DNA of 64,000 bases. Origin: Amoebophrya sp. A120. Taxonomy: Eukaryota; Protista; Dinoflagellata. The notes under the pieces are model-generated. The model was not told the origin of the DNA. It saw only the letters and a list, made by a program, of their open reading frames with translations, and ran no database searches. Each line of letters starts with the position of its first letter. The first letter of the stretch is position 1. The stretch is from assembly GCA_905178155.1 (NCBI GenBank), contig CAJINV010000005.1, forward strand, positions 2,296,054-2,360,053, given 5' to 3'. The position numbers were made by a program, and so were the translations under genes. This document shows, piece after piece, positions 1 to 13,697 of the stretch.

Positions 1-3000
1 ATCTCGCCGACGACGCTGGTATTCTCCAAGGAAAAGCAAGAGAAAAGGCGACCCGACTCCGCGGCAAATTGTCGGGACAGTCACACGAGCTTGCAGTTTC
101 CTTCGATGGGAGCATCGACTATGGAGAAACTGGACCTGGTAACCAGACCGGAAATGTCCGCCAGATCAAGGCCGAAGACGAAGAGAGCGGTTCCCTGCGA
201 CTAAAGCAGCCTCGACATCTCGATGGTGTCCGCATCTTTACCGCTCGTCATATCGACGATTTACCCGATCCTGTTCGTGCGATGGGATATCGGGTGCGAG
301 TGGACGAAGAGGCGGAGCTCGAACCAGTGCAGCTTCAGTTTCCGGATCTCGCGCGCGACATGACAGCCAAGAAAATCCGAACCGGATTCAGCGAAGAAGT
401 CCTTACAGCCATCGACGACAAGTACATCGCGAAATTGATCGGGATGTTACGAGAACACCCGAAGCGGCGAACTCTCCTTCTGGATGCCACCGGTGTAGGT
501 CTATCTGTTGCGGTCGGCGAACGAATCCGTCGAGCAGGACGATCCAACGTGGTGTTTCACGGGTCTGTAGCGAAAGAACTCTTCGTACACGAGTACACGC
601 TACTGAATGATGGAACTGCCATGCGGTACAGCGACGAGGAACGACTACGGGTCGACGCTGTGATTTCTTGTTTCCGTTTTGTCAAAAAGGAACATCGCGC
701 GAAGCTCCGTGCTGTTCAGGAAATCCTCTTCCTGACAGGGAAAGTAGCGAGTGAAAAAGAGTGCTATGACCTCTGCAAGAAACGCCTCTCTACCATCAAC
801 CTCCAAGAGTTGGAAGAACTTGTTGCTGTTGTTCGGCGGGACACGATGGCGGGCCTGAAATTCGGGCTCAGCAAGCGAAGCAAGTCGCTCACCGGATGGG
901 ACCCTTGCACAGCCGCCATGCGAGGTGGGGTAACGCTTCTCGACACCTGTTTCCTCACGGAAAACGGAGTGGTGTATGTGGTGATCTGCTGCATGTCTCT
1001 GCCGGATAAGCGCTCCGCGTGTTTCGTCTGCGGGACTAAGTTCAAACTGTCCGCGCTTGTCGCCAAGTCCAAGCTCACCACCGACGAAGCTAATTCCATC
1101 GAGGAAGGAATTCTGATGAACATGTACACAGAATTCGGCGAGAAACTGTTCCAGGGACACGCCTCTCCTACCAAAGTCGACGTTGTTCGCGCCCTGTGCT
1201 GCTTTCTCGACAAAAAGGTGCTGCGACGCAAGTGCTATGCAGACAGTGGCGTGGAAAGCATCGCGCTCGAGGACTGGCTTCCACTGCACAACAGCGGTAG
1301 AGAAATCTATCTTCTTCCTACCGGCACACCGGTCTATCCGATGGAAAGGCGAATCTTATCGCTCAAGACGATTGTGAAGCGTCTGCGCCGTCTCCCAAAT
1401 TTCAACCGGATGCCGCTCTTCATTCTCTTCAATGAAGCCTGCGAAGCTTTGGCTAACATCTCTTCGACAGGATCAAATGGAAGAAGTTCCAACGAGATGT
1501 GGTGGGGCGTAGAAGAATCCAACAACACGATGACTACGCACCCGGACGACAAGGCAGTCTGCAACTTCGCCGGCGGAAGTACGGAGTACACCATCCAGCA
1601 TCTGAGTGAGTGTCGTGCGAGAGTTTACGGCGAACTGATGACGATGCAGGGAGAAACTTCGTACATCGACGCGGTCGCCAAGATCATGGCAAACTGCAGA
1701 GCAAGATTACGTGCTGCAAACAAAGAAGGTCTCAGCATTGGGGAAACTGTAAATGTTCACAGCCCGCACATGCACGGCGTGGACACGGTCAATCCTGTTT
1801 TTGGCCGTCAGGTTAATAAAGGAGCCTCGGGCTTTGACTACACGATCAAAACGAAGAGAGGGCTTCAGGTTGTAAAAGAGAACATGATCAGTCCGCAACA
1901 CAATCTTGATGCGTTTTGTGATGTTCCAACTGACCTGCAACCATTGACGGAGTTGGATTTTAAGCGAGGTGGAAAACTCTACGAGGCACAACGGAGGAGC
2001 CAAATGTTGCGAGACGAATACGAGGACGAGCTTATTCATCGAGAAAAAGCGGCTACGCATGAGCGCGGACCTTTTTTCGTTCTTTCTGACCCCCGGGGAG
2101 TGGGTACCAGCAAAAAACGAAAATCTGTTGCTGCTGGTGATGATGAAATTAGCCTCGACCTCGATGATGATGACCTGAATGTGCTGAACAGGAACCAGCC
2201 CGAGCTGAGCGAAAGCCTCGAAATGGCACCAGAATTCCTTCAGGACGACAACGGAGAAGCAAACATCAACAAAGAGGATGATGTTCTGATGGACGAGGTA
2301 GAAGCAGTCGAGTCGGCCGGTTTTGTCAACGTCACTGAGTTCGTCAACGCGGTGCATGACGGTGACGCAGGACTGAAAGGAAGCACGCTTCACATCCTGA
2401 AAGAAGCCGAAAAGGAAAACGAAGCGCCTGAAGATCCTGCTGTTGATGAACCACCACCGGAACTCCAAGAGATGTTTGAGTTCATGTCCCTCCCGAAGAG
2501 AGGAAACCGCCGGGCTGTTGAGAAAGTCATCTCTCAGACTGCAGCTGGTGTGCTGAAGGAGGACGACATGCTTGGACAATTGATCACGCACACGATGTTC
2601 AACCGTGTCGAGGGAGTGCAGATTTGCCCTGCTTCTCTCGAAGTGCTTGACGGTTGGGTTCCTGACGAGAAGCGAACCCCACTCGACAAACCAGAACTAC
2701 AGAAGGAGTTCATTGTTGTGTGGAACAAGTCGAGGGTCAAGTTTGTCCACTCCGAAGGAGAACATCGTGCAGCGGGTGGTGGCAAGTGCGTCCGCATTGC
2801 AATGTGGTTTCTTCTGCCGAACATTTCGCACGACGGCCTCGGTTTGATTTCTATCTTCGATCCGAATACCAGTCGTCACCCTGAAGTCGTGCGGCGCTTG
2901 CTCGGGGCTTTGAAGTACCCGGACACGGACCACAGCTTCGTCGAGAGCAGCTCTGGCTTGGCTGCACCGAAATTGTTGGTCAAGGCCCACGTGAAAGAGT

Positions 3001-3571
3001 GGACGCAAATGCTCAATGACAAACTGGTGGAGGTGTGGTCGGAAGGAAAATTGTGCTCACCCGAGCGCATCCTTCCGGGACGAGCACTATGCGACTTAAA
3101 GATGGTGTCACCTTGGCACTACAAGGTCGCCATTAGGGTCGTACCCGGCGGGCACCGTTCCACCATCACCACCACGGCAGAATCACCGACCATGGGAGAG
3201 CATGGCCTGAACTTGATTCTGAACGCGCTGCGACATATCAGAAACAAGAGTAGACGCATCAAAAGTGGCGACGTCCCCCGGGCGTTTCTCAAGAACGTGA
3301 AGTTCAAAGCTGAGAACAGGCCACGACTCTACTTTCCTTCGAACGTCAACCAGCCGGACGCTTTGAAGGAGCTGAAGAGTCGATTCGGGATCGAGAGAGG
3401 AACCGTACTACTTATGAATATAAGTTTGTACGGCCTCAAAGAGGCAGCTCTGATGTGGTACAGAACCATATCCCAATACTTGATCAGTATAGGATTTAGG
3501 GTTTCTCCACATTCTCCATGCGTTTTCTGTCGGGGTAAAGACCGCATCGGACTACATGTCGATGATATTTT

Positions 3572-4192
3572 TCACTGAGAGCCGCCCCCGGCGCCAGGCT
3601 TTTTATTTTCCCGCTATTTTTCCTACAGTCGGCGCTCTTGCGGGGGCGTGTGTTTCCTGTTTCAGTTTTTGTCTAAGTTCGTGTCTAATTTCCTGTCTCA
3701 GTTTTTGTCTAACTTTTTGTCTATTTTCCTGTCTATTTTCCTGTCTATTTTTCTGTCTATTTTCCTGTCTATTTTTCTTTTTATTTTCCTGTCTAATTTC
3801 TGTCCAAAAAGCGGCCTTGGCAGCTTCGGATGCTGTCTATTTTTTGTCTAATTTGCCCAGCTTTGCAATTTGCGTGCGATTTTGCCTATGTCGGCCGTTG
3901 CTCTGAAATTTAGGCGCAAACTTAGAAAATTTCGGGACGTGGTCAAGAACGGTTGAAAGGGCCGGCGGCGCAATTGCTTCGTCACTGCGCCTTTCAGGCG
4001 GGTCGCCGGCGATGGGCTCAAGCGTCTGCGTTCTGCAAGTCGCCCGCGCCCCGCCTGTGTCCCCAGCAAAGGCGGCCCGCCTCGGCCTATTGCCCGGGGC
4101 GGGCTTGCTCGCCCAGGCTAGGGCTTGGGCGGTTCAAAAAATAGCGGGAACTTAGGCAGTCGCCCGCCGGGGCTGGCTCTCCGCGATATTTT
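3572..4192. mobile_element. 621-bp non-autonomous TIR element (MITE-like), including one copy of an 8-bp target duplication
   Basis: GATATTTT at 3564-3571 and 4185-4192. Imperfect TIR cactgagagccgcccccggcg vs reverse complement cgcggagagccagccccggcg. Subterminal IR ttcccgctattttt (~3608) / aaaaatagcgggaa (~4137). Confidence 0.85.
3650..3855. repeat. Degenerate 12-bp tandem repeat (TTTTCCTGTCTA-like) inside the TIR element
   Basis: Repeated ctattttcctgt / ctatttttctgt units; explains the FSCL-repeat ORF 3556-3906. Confidence 0.9.
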
Positions 4193-7091
4193 GTTCGCGG
4201 GCACGGTCGACGGCTTCGCTCGTTTCGAGAAAGAAATGAAAGAGAAGTTCGGCCTCAACGACTGGTCTTCTGCCGAAACCGGATTCGTCTATACCGGGAT
4301 TCATGTGCAGCACACGCCCGAGACTGAAACCATCGACACCCACATGATGCAGAAGGTGGAAGAACTGCAAGAAAGCGTGATCACCACCGACTACTCCGAA
4401 ACTTTGACACCTTCGCAAATAACAACGCTGAAAGCAGCCCGTGGCAGTCTGCTGTTCATTTCCCGTCGGCACGTCGAAGTCAAATTCCCGACTCGAGCCC
4501 TGGCGCTCGGAAACGACGAGGAGAAGGACGGACGATGGGTAGACGCGCACAACAACATCATCCGCAGGTTGAAATCCTCCACCGTCGGTGTTCGAATTGA
4601 CTTATCGTACGAACGGGAAGTTTTTGCTCTGTTTCCGGACGCGAGCTACCAGACGCCAGCTACGCCCGAAGAAAAGGTCAATGCAGTCGAGGAAGAGTTT
4701 GATGCACGCCCGATCTTTGTCCTCGATGACGAAGAACTCCGGAACCGTCGCGAAGAGTACGACCAGGCCACCGGAGCCCTCTTCTGCAGCAAGACCGACT
4801 TTGAGAAGGCCATGGTGCTGTCGCAGAAATCCGAAACAGAAAGACGGAAAAAGAAGCGGCACAGCAGCGTCACTGTCCCGACCGGCGTCGTGGACAACGT
4901 CGAGAAACTGGCCAAACAACTGCGACCAGTAATTGGACATATCCTGCTCTCCTTGTCCGAAGACGATCTTGAGATCTATCTCCAGAGGCAGAAAACAATT
5001 CAACGCGTCATGACGCTCCGTGAATATGACGACCTGGAGAAATTCAAGATTCGCTGCTCGTATCTCGGCAGTGATACTGTTTTCTTTGCCAGCGCGCGCA
5101 ACTCCAGCTACGCCGCCGAAATTGAAGCACTCGCTGAAGCCTGTCCAGTGCTTGAAATGTGCTTGGAGAAGTACAAAGCATGGGGACTACGAGCAGGCAG
5201 CGTGGTCTTCAGTGACTCCAAATCGGCAGTGGCGAGGATCATCAGCAAATCTGTGATTTCGGCACAGGATGCTGATGTCTTCAAACCTTTGGCGAAGTTG
5301 AAGGACATGTACATGAAGTCGGAGTGGGAAATCGGATCGTGCACCGATCGGGTGAATCCGGGCGATTCGTTCACCAAGATCTCCTCCGGTTTCAAGATGG
5401 ACGAGCTGCTGGAAGTCCTGCAGGGTACTTTCAATGTACCACTCGGCCAGCTGTTCATGTACAAGAGGGTGTACACATGGGAGCGACCGTTATGTCCCTC
5501 CACCAAGGAAATCTAGATCGATCCCGAAAATTTCCGAACGTTGTGATCGAGCTACGAATTCCAATCGAGAACTTGTTTTTGTTTCAACCACTTTTGCTTC
5601 CGACCGAAGAGCACGACCAGAGTCCTATTCCATCGGCGGATTCTATCCTACGAGAACTACTCTTTCTTCAAGAAGTTTTGTGCGATTGTTTTATGCGGAC
5701 CGTTCAAGTTTCTGCCTCTGCTCCAGTCCGAATCCACGTGTTTTACTCCACGACGATTACGGCTGGTTCTACAGATACGAATCCGCAGTTTCAAAATTTT
5801 GGTTTTAGAAATGAACACGCTTCTCCTGAACCGACGCGGGTGTTAGGATCGCACCATCACCAGGACAGAATTCCGAAAGGAGTGGTCTCCGTGGAGAGGA
5901 ACCTAGCCGGTGCCCCGTCAACCAAAAAAAATTCGTCCAGCAGTGTTGGCGAGCTTTTCGCGGTCGGAGATAAATCCTTTTCAGCGATGGAATTACGGAT
6001 TTGCTTTGTTAGCTAGCGGTACGTGAGGGAACTGCTGAGTCTTTTTCCGGAAAAGAACCGCGACGGAGAAAACGGAATGTTTACGAGTCGGGTCCTCAAT
6101 CACTTCTTCCACCCCCCGGGCACTGTTGATTTGTTCTCTAGAACGTAATCTTCGTGTCAAGGGTAAAAGTGATTGAGAGACTCGAGAGAAAAGATAAGCA
6201 AATCGGAAGTCGTTTATTTGACCACAAATCGGATTTCGTTTATTCGTGCCTTCATCTTTTCTGAGTGACAAGCTTCAAATCGTTTCTTAACTCTTTGCTT
6301 GTTTTGTCGCATCACAAATTGCTTTTGAACACTTGTTTTGTTTTCTTCCAAAAACAATCATGAATGGAATCTTTCCCAAACAATTCGTTTGCTCCGCCGC
6401 GGGCTCAAGGTCCTAAATGTGTATCGTAAACTGTTAACGAACCCAACCAAGAAATAAATAAATACTTCTGAAAGAACGACCAATGCTTTCTCCGCATTGA
6501 GACCTTCGCTGTTCATCCGACGCTACCATCGTAATTCCATTCCGACGATCAACACGAAGATCAGGAAGATCTGAGTTTTGGAGAGTGTCTACCCGCTTTT
6601 CGCAATAGGGTACTTATTCTGTTTGTCGTTTTTCATTTTCGTGCCATACTGTACACCACTTGTATTTTCACCGGAGCGGAGTTTTCTTATTTCCTGGCCG
6701 GCAAACTGAGTGCGGATTTTTTTTCAACAAAACCCTCCAAGATCTTCAGCCGGAGGAGGTGGATTTTTGTTTTCCACGGAGCAGGAAGGATCTTGACGAT
6801 TTGATTCCGAATTTTCGTCCCTCTTGTGTATGTCGGGGTCAGCGACTCATCTGCAAGAAACAAAACATTCTTCGAGCTCATCTCTGGTTCACATTCTTTT
6901 GCTTTCCGTCTCTACTTACTAAGTAAAGGTAGGATGAAACTTTGCGTGCCGTTTTTCAGGTCGCTTGGCAGCTCGTATTCTCACTAAAATTCACTTCGTT
7001 TTCATTCTAACAAAAATCCGGTCACCAAGAACATGTCTATGCTTGCGCTAATGGCTTGTTAGTCTTACCTCCTTCATACGATTTGAAAATA

Positions 7092-10000
7092 ATGGCATCG
7101 TGCAATCCTAGTTCCAGTGGGTGCGCACGCCATAGTACCAATGCCGTCTCGCGGGGGCACTCTGTTGGCTACAATGCAGGAATAAACCTGCATCATGCTG
7201 GCCAAAGAGGTCGCTCGGGCTCTGCACTTCCACTTTACTCCTCCAGGCGTTTCAGCGATGAATTTTCTCTGCCGTTCTACGACGCATCTTCAGAAGCTGC
7301 TTCAACCTCATCCTACGATGTTGGCCCACTGGTGCAGCCTCCGCGTGTTGTTGCCGAAGAGGACTTCCCGGGTGACAACCGATTTGGCACTCGACTAAGA
7401 AGCCCTCATGGCGAAAATGTGTTTGCTCGGAGCGAGGAGCAGCACAGCGGCAACTACACTGGCTCCGCACGACCGGTCAATATGTGTTTCCGAGAACGGC
7501 GGCGCGATGAATCTTGCTGTTCTTCCACTTCCACCAATGCGCATGATCGTGATCGCCATTCCGCGGCGTCTACAAGAACTTCTTCGAGGCAGTTGCCCAG
7601 TAAAAAAAGCTCCGCACCAGCGACGGTGATAAAGCTTCGTCGACGAAGGCTGGGTTGCGATCGCGGGAGTCGGAAGTTGGTCGTCTTTCTATTCCTCATG
7701 GGGCTGCTACTTGGTTACTTTGGCCTGAAAGTTTTCCGGGTTCTGCAAAAACGAGAAGCGGAGGACAGGGCTCTGGAAAAGGTGTGATAGTTCATAGTGG
7801 TATGACATCTATTGCATGAAAATCTTCACACCGGTTTGCAGGTCGAAATTGGACAGCATGTGAATGTCATTTAGTATGCCAATGTCATTTTCAACGATTA
7901 ATTTCAAAACAAACTTTATCTCCAGAAACGGGACGAAACCGTAGCGGCATGGCGGAGGAAGATATCCGAAATCAGAGAGAACTTGGAAGGAAGAAAGCAG
8001 AGGATTCTCGCCACAGCGGACGACAGTGTGTATCAAAGTGCTTGTAGGGCAAGACGGTCTAAATCTTTGAGATCGCTCCTGATTGTTCGTTGTACACGTC
8101 TAAATCAGATGCAGTTACGCGGCAACACAAGGGCAAGTGGAACTTCGCCATGGACACGACGTGTGGCTATAGTACCCAAGTAGCAAAATTATTTATATTT
8201 TTGGGTTGTACAGCAGGTCATACTCTTCAACCACCTTTGATAGGCAGTAACACTGCATCTAATAAACACACAGTCGCAAAGGGAGACAAGACCTCTCGCT
8301 CTGTTTCCACTTGCACAGCTGGACGCACGCGGAGGTAATGGCGGACGTGCACAAGACCCTGCAACAGCTGGACAGCATTTCAGGCGAAATCAACGGCCTT
8401 GCGGAGAAGGACCCCGCACCGGGATCCTTGGCCCACTTGGAACGCGCTTTAAAAGCCGCAAACGAACAAGACACGGATAGCTCTGGGCCGCCCGTGGAAA
8501 GGACAAAACCGGAGGGGATGAAAACTACAGCAGCGCCTCTGTCATCTTCCCATCCTCGTCCTCCCGTGCCACCGCCTTCGGGTCAAAGTAGATCGGGGGA
8601 CGGCGTACGAACAACAAGAGAAAGAGCTAGTGTCACAACAGAAAATAATTCTCCTCATGCACCGAGTGAAGCGGAACAAAGACAAACTCATACTACAGAC
8701 TCTCCGTCTACTTCTTCCTCAACCCCTTCGGAGACTCCTTCCCCTACTTCCCCCTCGTCGCACGAATCATCGGCATCTTCTACGTCACCCTCTTCCACAC
8801 GGAATTATGAAACCCAGCCAACGCCAACCGCAACAGGAAGCAGTGACGCGAAGAAGAAGACGACGAACACCAGTCAGGAAGAAGCCTTCGCTGAGCTGGA
8901 GGAAGCCGTCGGGGAGCTGGCGACGGCTCTGCTGAAGGGGTTCGGCGTTTTGTCCGACGACTATTCTTCTGAGTCATCGAGGACAGCGGGAAATCAGAAG
9001 AAAACCGGCACGAGGCCCGCTGCAGATAAGAAGGCCGGAGCTGCAAGTAGGTCGCAAGAACCTGCGTCGGGAAGTAGTAGTACACCAGACGATGAACATG
9101 AAGGCCGTGACGAGAAAGAGGATTCTACGGCCGGACAGACAGAAGAAAATCAAAATAGCGAATCTGAAAAGAAATCTGAGGACGATAAAGCCAAAGCTAA
9201 GGAGAAGCAACAGCAGTCTACTTCATCCACGACCGAAAATGCAAACAATCATGGGGATGAAAATAACCAGGACGAAACAGAAAATGCCGACCTGTACTCC
9301 ATCTTCATGAGGGAGTTCGAGAAGGGCTTCAAGGAAAGTTTCCAAAAGAATTTGAAGAAGAAGTTAGAAGAGAGCGTCAAGGAGAACGTGCAGAAGTACG
9401 TGAAGCGCGCATTTTCAGGGTCTTCGTCTTCCGCAACTACTGCTACTGCTTCGACTGCAGATAGTACTGGAAGCCGGACTACGGCAACGACTACGTTAAC
9501 GAGTGAAGATGAACGCGAGAGAACCTCCAGAACTTCGTCTTCCTCAAGAACTAAAAAAAGCGAAGACGACGATGAAACGTCAGAAGTGGACACCGACGAG
9601 CTGCGGACTACCGATGACGTGATGGAGATCAAATTTGCGGTTGACGAATTGGAGAAATACGTGGCGCAGGAGAAGGAGCGGATGAAGGTAGAAAGGGACC
9701 TGGAAGTAGTACCCGTGGTGAAGCAGCGCAGTGCGCCAGCTTCGACGCCCGGATGGCTCGGAGGGGGAATCGTATTTGCAGAGGCGGCAGAGGTATTGTA
9801 AAGTACTTGTGATTCACAGAACGCACACCGCTCCGGCTGCGTGTTTTTTCTTGCAGACAGCGATAATCGCGTTCGTGCGGCATGCGTGTACTAGCAGTAA
9901 ACTTCTGAGCAGCCGCACTTGTGTGTCCTCTGTGCGTCAATTATCGCCTTCGATTGAGAGCTCAGATCCGAAAAATCAACTCCTTTCACCAAGGTCCCCG

Positions 10001-12693
10001 CATCTGTGGTCGGCGGCGGGGAAAACGGGGAAGCGCTGGGCGACGGCGACGAGGTCTTTTTCGAGAACGGCATTGACAAGTCGCCGATCCGCGGCGATTC
10101 GAAGGGCGGCTTAGCCGACGACCAGAGCTTCGAGCCGCCGAAGTTCGCGGAAAAGTTCTACAACGACCCGGCGTGCGAGGAGGCGGGGGAAATGTGGACG
10201 GACTACCGGAAAGCGATGGCGGTGACCTACGATTCCGTCGAGGAAGACGAAGACCGGAAGGCGGAGACGAGCATGAATTTCCTGGTCGATAGCGGCATGA
10301 TGAACACGACGTTCATGGATGAGCAGGCGAACCGGTGCTTCATCGGCGTGTGCACCATGCTGTACCACTTGTCCCGGCACCGCATGATGGTGGAGGGGGT
10401 CTACACCTCCGCGGCGTATCTCTTTCGATCCTTGGACCACTACTTGTCTTCCTTGCACCCGGGGAAATTCGACGAGCAAAACGAAGTCCCTCCCGTGGTG
10501 CCGGAAGCTTTGGATTTTAAAGAAATCGACTCACCGTCTGTGGCAGAGAAGCGAAAGGAGCAGCGGGAGAGCGAAGACTACATCGAGCCGAGAGTTATCC
10601 CGAAGGACTCCAAACCTTTGTGGCCGATCTCGGATTATCTGGTGGGCTTATTGCGGGAAAATATCGCGAAGAGGTCGAGCGGCAGAGGCTGGGACCACGG
10701 GCCGAAGCAAAAGGACCAGAAGCCGTACCACGGCAATATGTACGGCGCAATGGCAAATGACATGATCGACCGGGACGCGAACAAGACTCTGGCGAACGCG
10801 TTCAAAATCTACGTCTACCCGCTGGACTCGCACAAGGAGTTCAAGGCGCTGGCGAGCGGAGCGTCGTTCTGCAAAGACAATCAGTGGGGGTTTGAGGTAA
10901 TAGTAGAGGCTATCTGGTGGACCATGAGTGCGCGTACTGTTGTGTATGGAGAAGTCTTGACGATATTTTCATGTCCAACAAAATGCTTAGTGCCGCTGCA
11001 TCACAGCATGAGGCCGGGTTAAATTTAAAAGGTTTGAGAAAAACCCAAACCCTTTTTCAAAAAGGTGCAACTCCACTACTGGTTTCTAGCCTGCGACTGC
11101 CGCACGGACGACCCGGAAGAAGCGGATTTTTTCTTCGTCCCACAGTACACCGCGTGTCACCTAAATTTAGAAACCTTCACCGAAGAGGAATCCAACGCGA
11201 TGTTTGTGAGTTTAGTTGACTCCCTCCCGCATTTCAAAAGAACGCAGGGCCGGGACCACGTGTTCATCTGGGGCGCGGGGTTCAGTGTGGACGGACCCTT
11301 CCGGCAGTGGAAGGAGTACGTGAAAGACAGCATCTTTCTGATGGCGGAGACAGAATATTGGAACCCCTACCACTGGCAAACGGAAAAGCCGTTTAACTTC
11401 GCAAAGGACATCGTTCTGCCGGGGCGGATCGCCATCAAGGAAATCGCGCAGCACCACGAGCACGCGGTATTTTTATTAGGACTCTGTTCTTCAGGAATGA
11501 TTTTCTTTTCCTTAGCCTCGCACGAGGGTTGTAGATCGGACTGTAGTACTAGCTATACGTGATCAAAATCAAAATTTAGAAGTCCGGTCAATTCATGATA
11601 TACCGCTCAGATGGCTATGCCCGACCGGCCGTGGGTAGGCGATTTCGTGGGGTGGAACCGGCCGCTGCACGCTGCGCAGGGAAACGAAACGACTTCGCCA
11701 AGGCAAGCACTCTTACGGTGGGCGAAGCGGTATCCATCGGAAATGCACATCCGGCAGGACGTTCCGTATTCGGAGGCGTTGCGAGGTATAGACACTAATC
11801 TAATGTCGGAGGTAGGATGTAGTTCTAGTTGCAGTCGCACAGACAACGCGCGACCGAAAGAAGAGCAAATTTGTCGTGGTTCGCGAAGAAATTTAGATAG
11901 CTTGTTCCACACTGGACGAGAAAGCCGCGACACAGGCCACGTTTTTTCTAAATTCAGGTTCTATCTCCTCTCGCTTCTGTTTCGTGCCACGAGGGAAATC
12001 CGCGTGGAGTAGTCGGCTGTTTCGGGTGCTCTACGGACAGTGCGTGCCGGTCATTCTAAATGACGACTACGAGGTATTGGATTTTTAAATCTGGAAGTGT
12101 AGTCGGCCAGAAGGACAACAAGAGATTGGCCGCTGTTTGTGATGCAGAATGAGCGATTGATGGTTTGGCTTTGGTTTTCGCATGAAAAGAATCATGCGGG
12201 TGGAAGTTCAGAGCTTAGGGATGGCGGTGACAATACAAACGCCAAAGTGTCGACAGACCAGTAGAGCAAAGTTCTAAAACCGAAAATCTAAACCCCGTCG
12301 TTATCGTTTGTCCAGGTTCCCTTCACGTCTCTCTTCGACAACAAAGATAACTGGTATGTCCGCTGGCCCATGCGGGAAGTCGGGAAGGAGCTGGCGCACT
12401 TCTTGATGAACTTTGATCTAAATCTAGTAGCCCAGATGCAAAAGAACGCGATCGAACCGAAGTGCTGGTACGTGTGGGTGCCGTCGACTTTAGATTCCGG
12501 CCACGTGGAACTGCAGGAGGGGGAGCTGAATCCGGTCTGCCCGCACTGGCGCACGCAAAACGCGTACTTGGCGACGCACACGTTGCTGTATTACAAAAAA
12601 CGGGTCACAAAATCAAGTTCGAAGACGTTCTTTATGCCGGACCCGGAAACCGGGGAGGTGATGTATCTGGATGAAAATTTCCAGCGAATTTAG
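7092..12693 (+). CDS. Multi-exon exostosin-family (GT47) glycosyltransferase, probably type II membrane with long Ser/Thr/Glu-rich stem
   Basis: GT47 motifs FKIYVYPL, RTDDPEEADFFFVPQY, GRDHVFIW, FCFVPRG...SSRLF...CVPVILND, VPF across ORFs 10006-12693. TM anchor KLVVFLFLMGLLLGYFGL near 7680. GT-AG introns (e.g. 7782-7925, ~9792-9965). Joining the 7092-9790 exons to the catalytic part is inferred. Confidence 0.7.
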
Positions 12694-13697
12694 AATGAGT
12701 GAAGGGTTTTTTTTTTTGTGGAGGTGTAGTACTACACATTGACATTGTCGTCGTTCCAGCATATCAAACTAAGTCCGTGTTAACTATTTGAATGATACGG
12801 CGAATCCAGTTCTTGGTCGGTTTCTGTTTTTCTATCCTTCGATGGATGAGCAAGAGAAGAAAATTCTCTCGCCGCAAACGAGGGAGTTCATGGATGAGTG
12901 ATGCCGCAGTATAAAAAGTATCTTTGGTGGAACAAGATAAGTCTGGAGCATCCAGAAATGAACGCAAGTCGTCTTAATTTTTGTGCTGTGTGTCGTTCCT
13001 TCCCCCATAAATCTTTCCAACTAAGTCGGTGCTATACTCGTGAGCTTTAAAATGTGTGTCACTTGTTCTCGGAGGTGCAAAGTGGATCAGCGAGCGCACC
13101 TTCTTAAGTTCTTGCGCCCCCACGGAAATCCAAAGATGACTCTAATGAGTTTGTCACATGATCTACAGAATGATGATCACACTGGATAGCTCTCTCTTGG
13201 AATCGAATTATGTGAGTTCCGAGAAAAACAAAAACAGAAGCATAGAAGCAATCTAAATCGATCAACAACTTCATCGCGGATTTTCAAGAGCAAGATCATC
13301 GCTTCTTTCAGTGCCTGAACCATTGATCGTGAAATCAACGAAGAGGAGCTTACAAAGATATTGAACGTGATGTGAAGGATAAATTGAAAGATCCCCTCGG
13401 TCGAGATCTTTTGAACGCATTCCTCTCGATCTGTTTCTGGTCCGAAGGGAGAGACTGAGATCCTGAAATGCACCTGATCTGAACCTCGATCTGCACGACG
13501 CCCAACCGACTTGACAAAATTGTCTTCTAAATGCTACCCCAAATCTATACGCTACATCGTGATTTTTGCGCTGACAACGCCTTCATTTATTTGCGCCATT
13601 TTAAAACACTCACAGGGGATCGTCTGACTCGATCAATCGTTGAGGGAAGATCGTCGTCTACTGTCATAGGTATTAGGCATTACAAAAAACCAAAAAA

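Larger units (their letters stand above)
1..5516 (+). mobile_element. Highly divergent Ty1/copia-like polyprotein (integrase-RT-RNase H), 5'-incomplete, interrupted at 3572-4192
   Basis: Frame is open from the window start. Integrase-like DDE core (LLDT...YADSGVE...PMERRILSLKTIVKRL...NEACEALAN), RT motifs (KVAIRVVPGG, DVPRAFL, LYGLKEAALMWY, PCVF, LHVDDI) and RNase H motifs in ORF 4125-5516 (FPDASY, SYAAEIEA, FSDSKSA, NPGDSFTK). Both ORFs share a frame; removing 3572-4192 restores HVDDILFAGT. Confidence 0.85.

Noticed and set aside
645-2591. Long minus-strand ORFs here and opposite other genes
   Set aside because: Antisense shadows of codon-biased + strand coding regions.
3556-3906. Cys/Phe-rich ORFs (FSCLFSCL)
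   Set aside because: Translation of the 12-bp tandem repeat inside the TIR element.
5324-6926. ORFs or a 3' LTR downstream of the left copia-like ORF
   Set aside because: No second LTR copy in the window, no clear PPT or TG...CA boundary, and the ORFs lack motifs.
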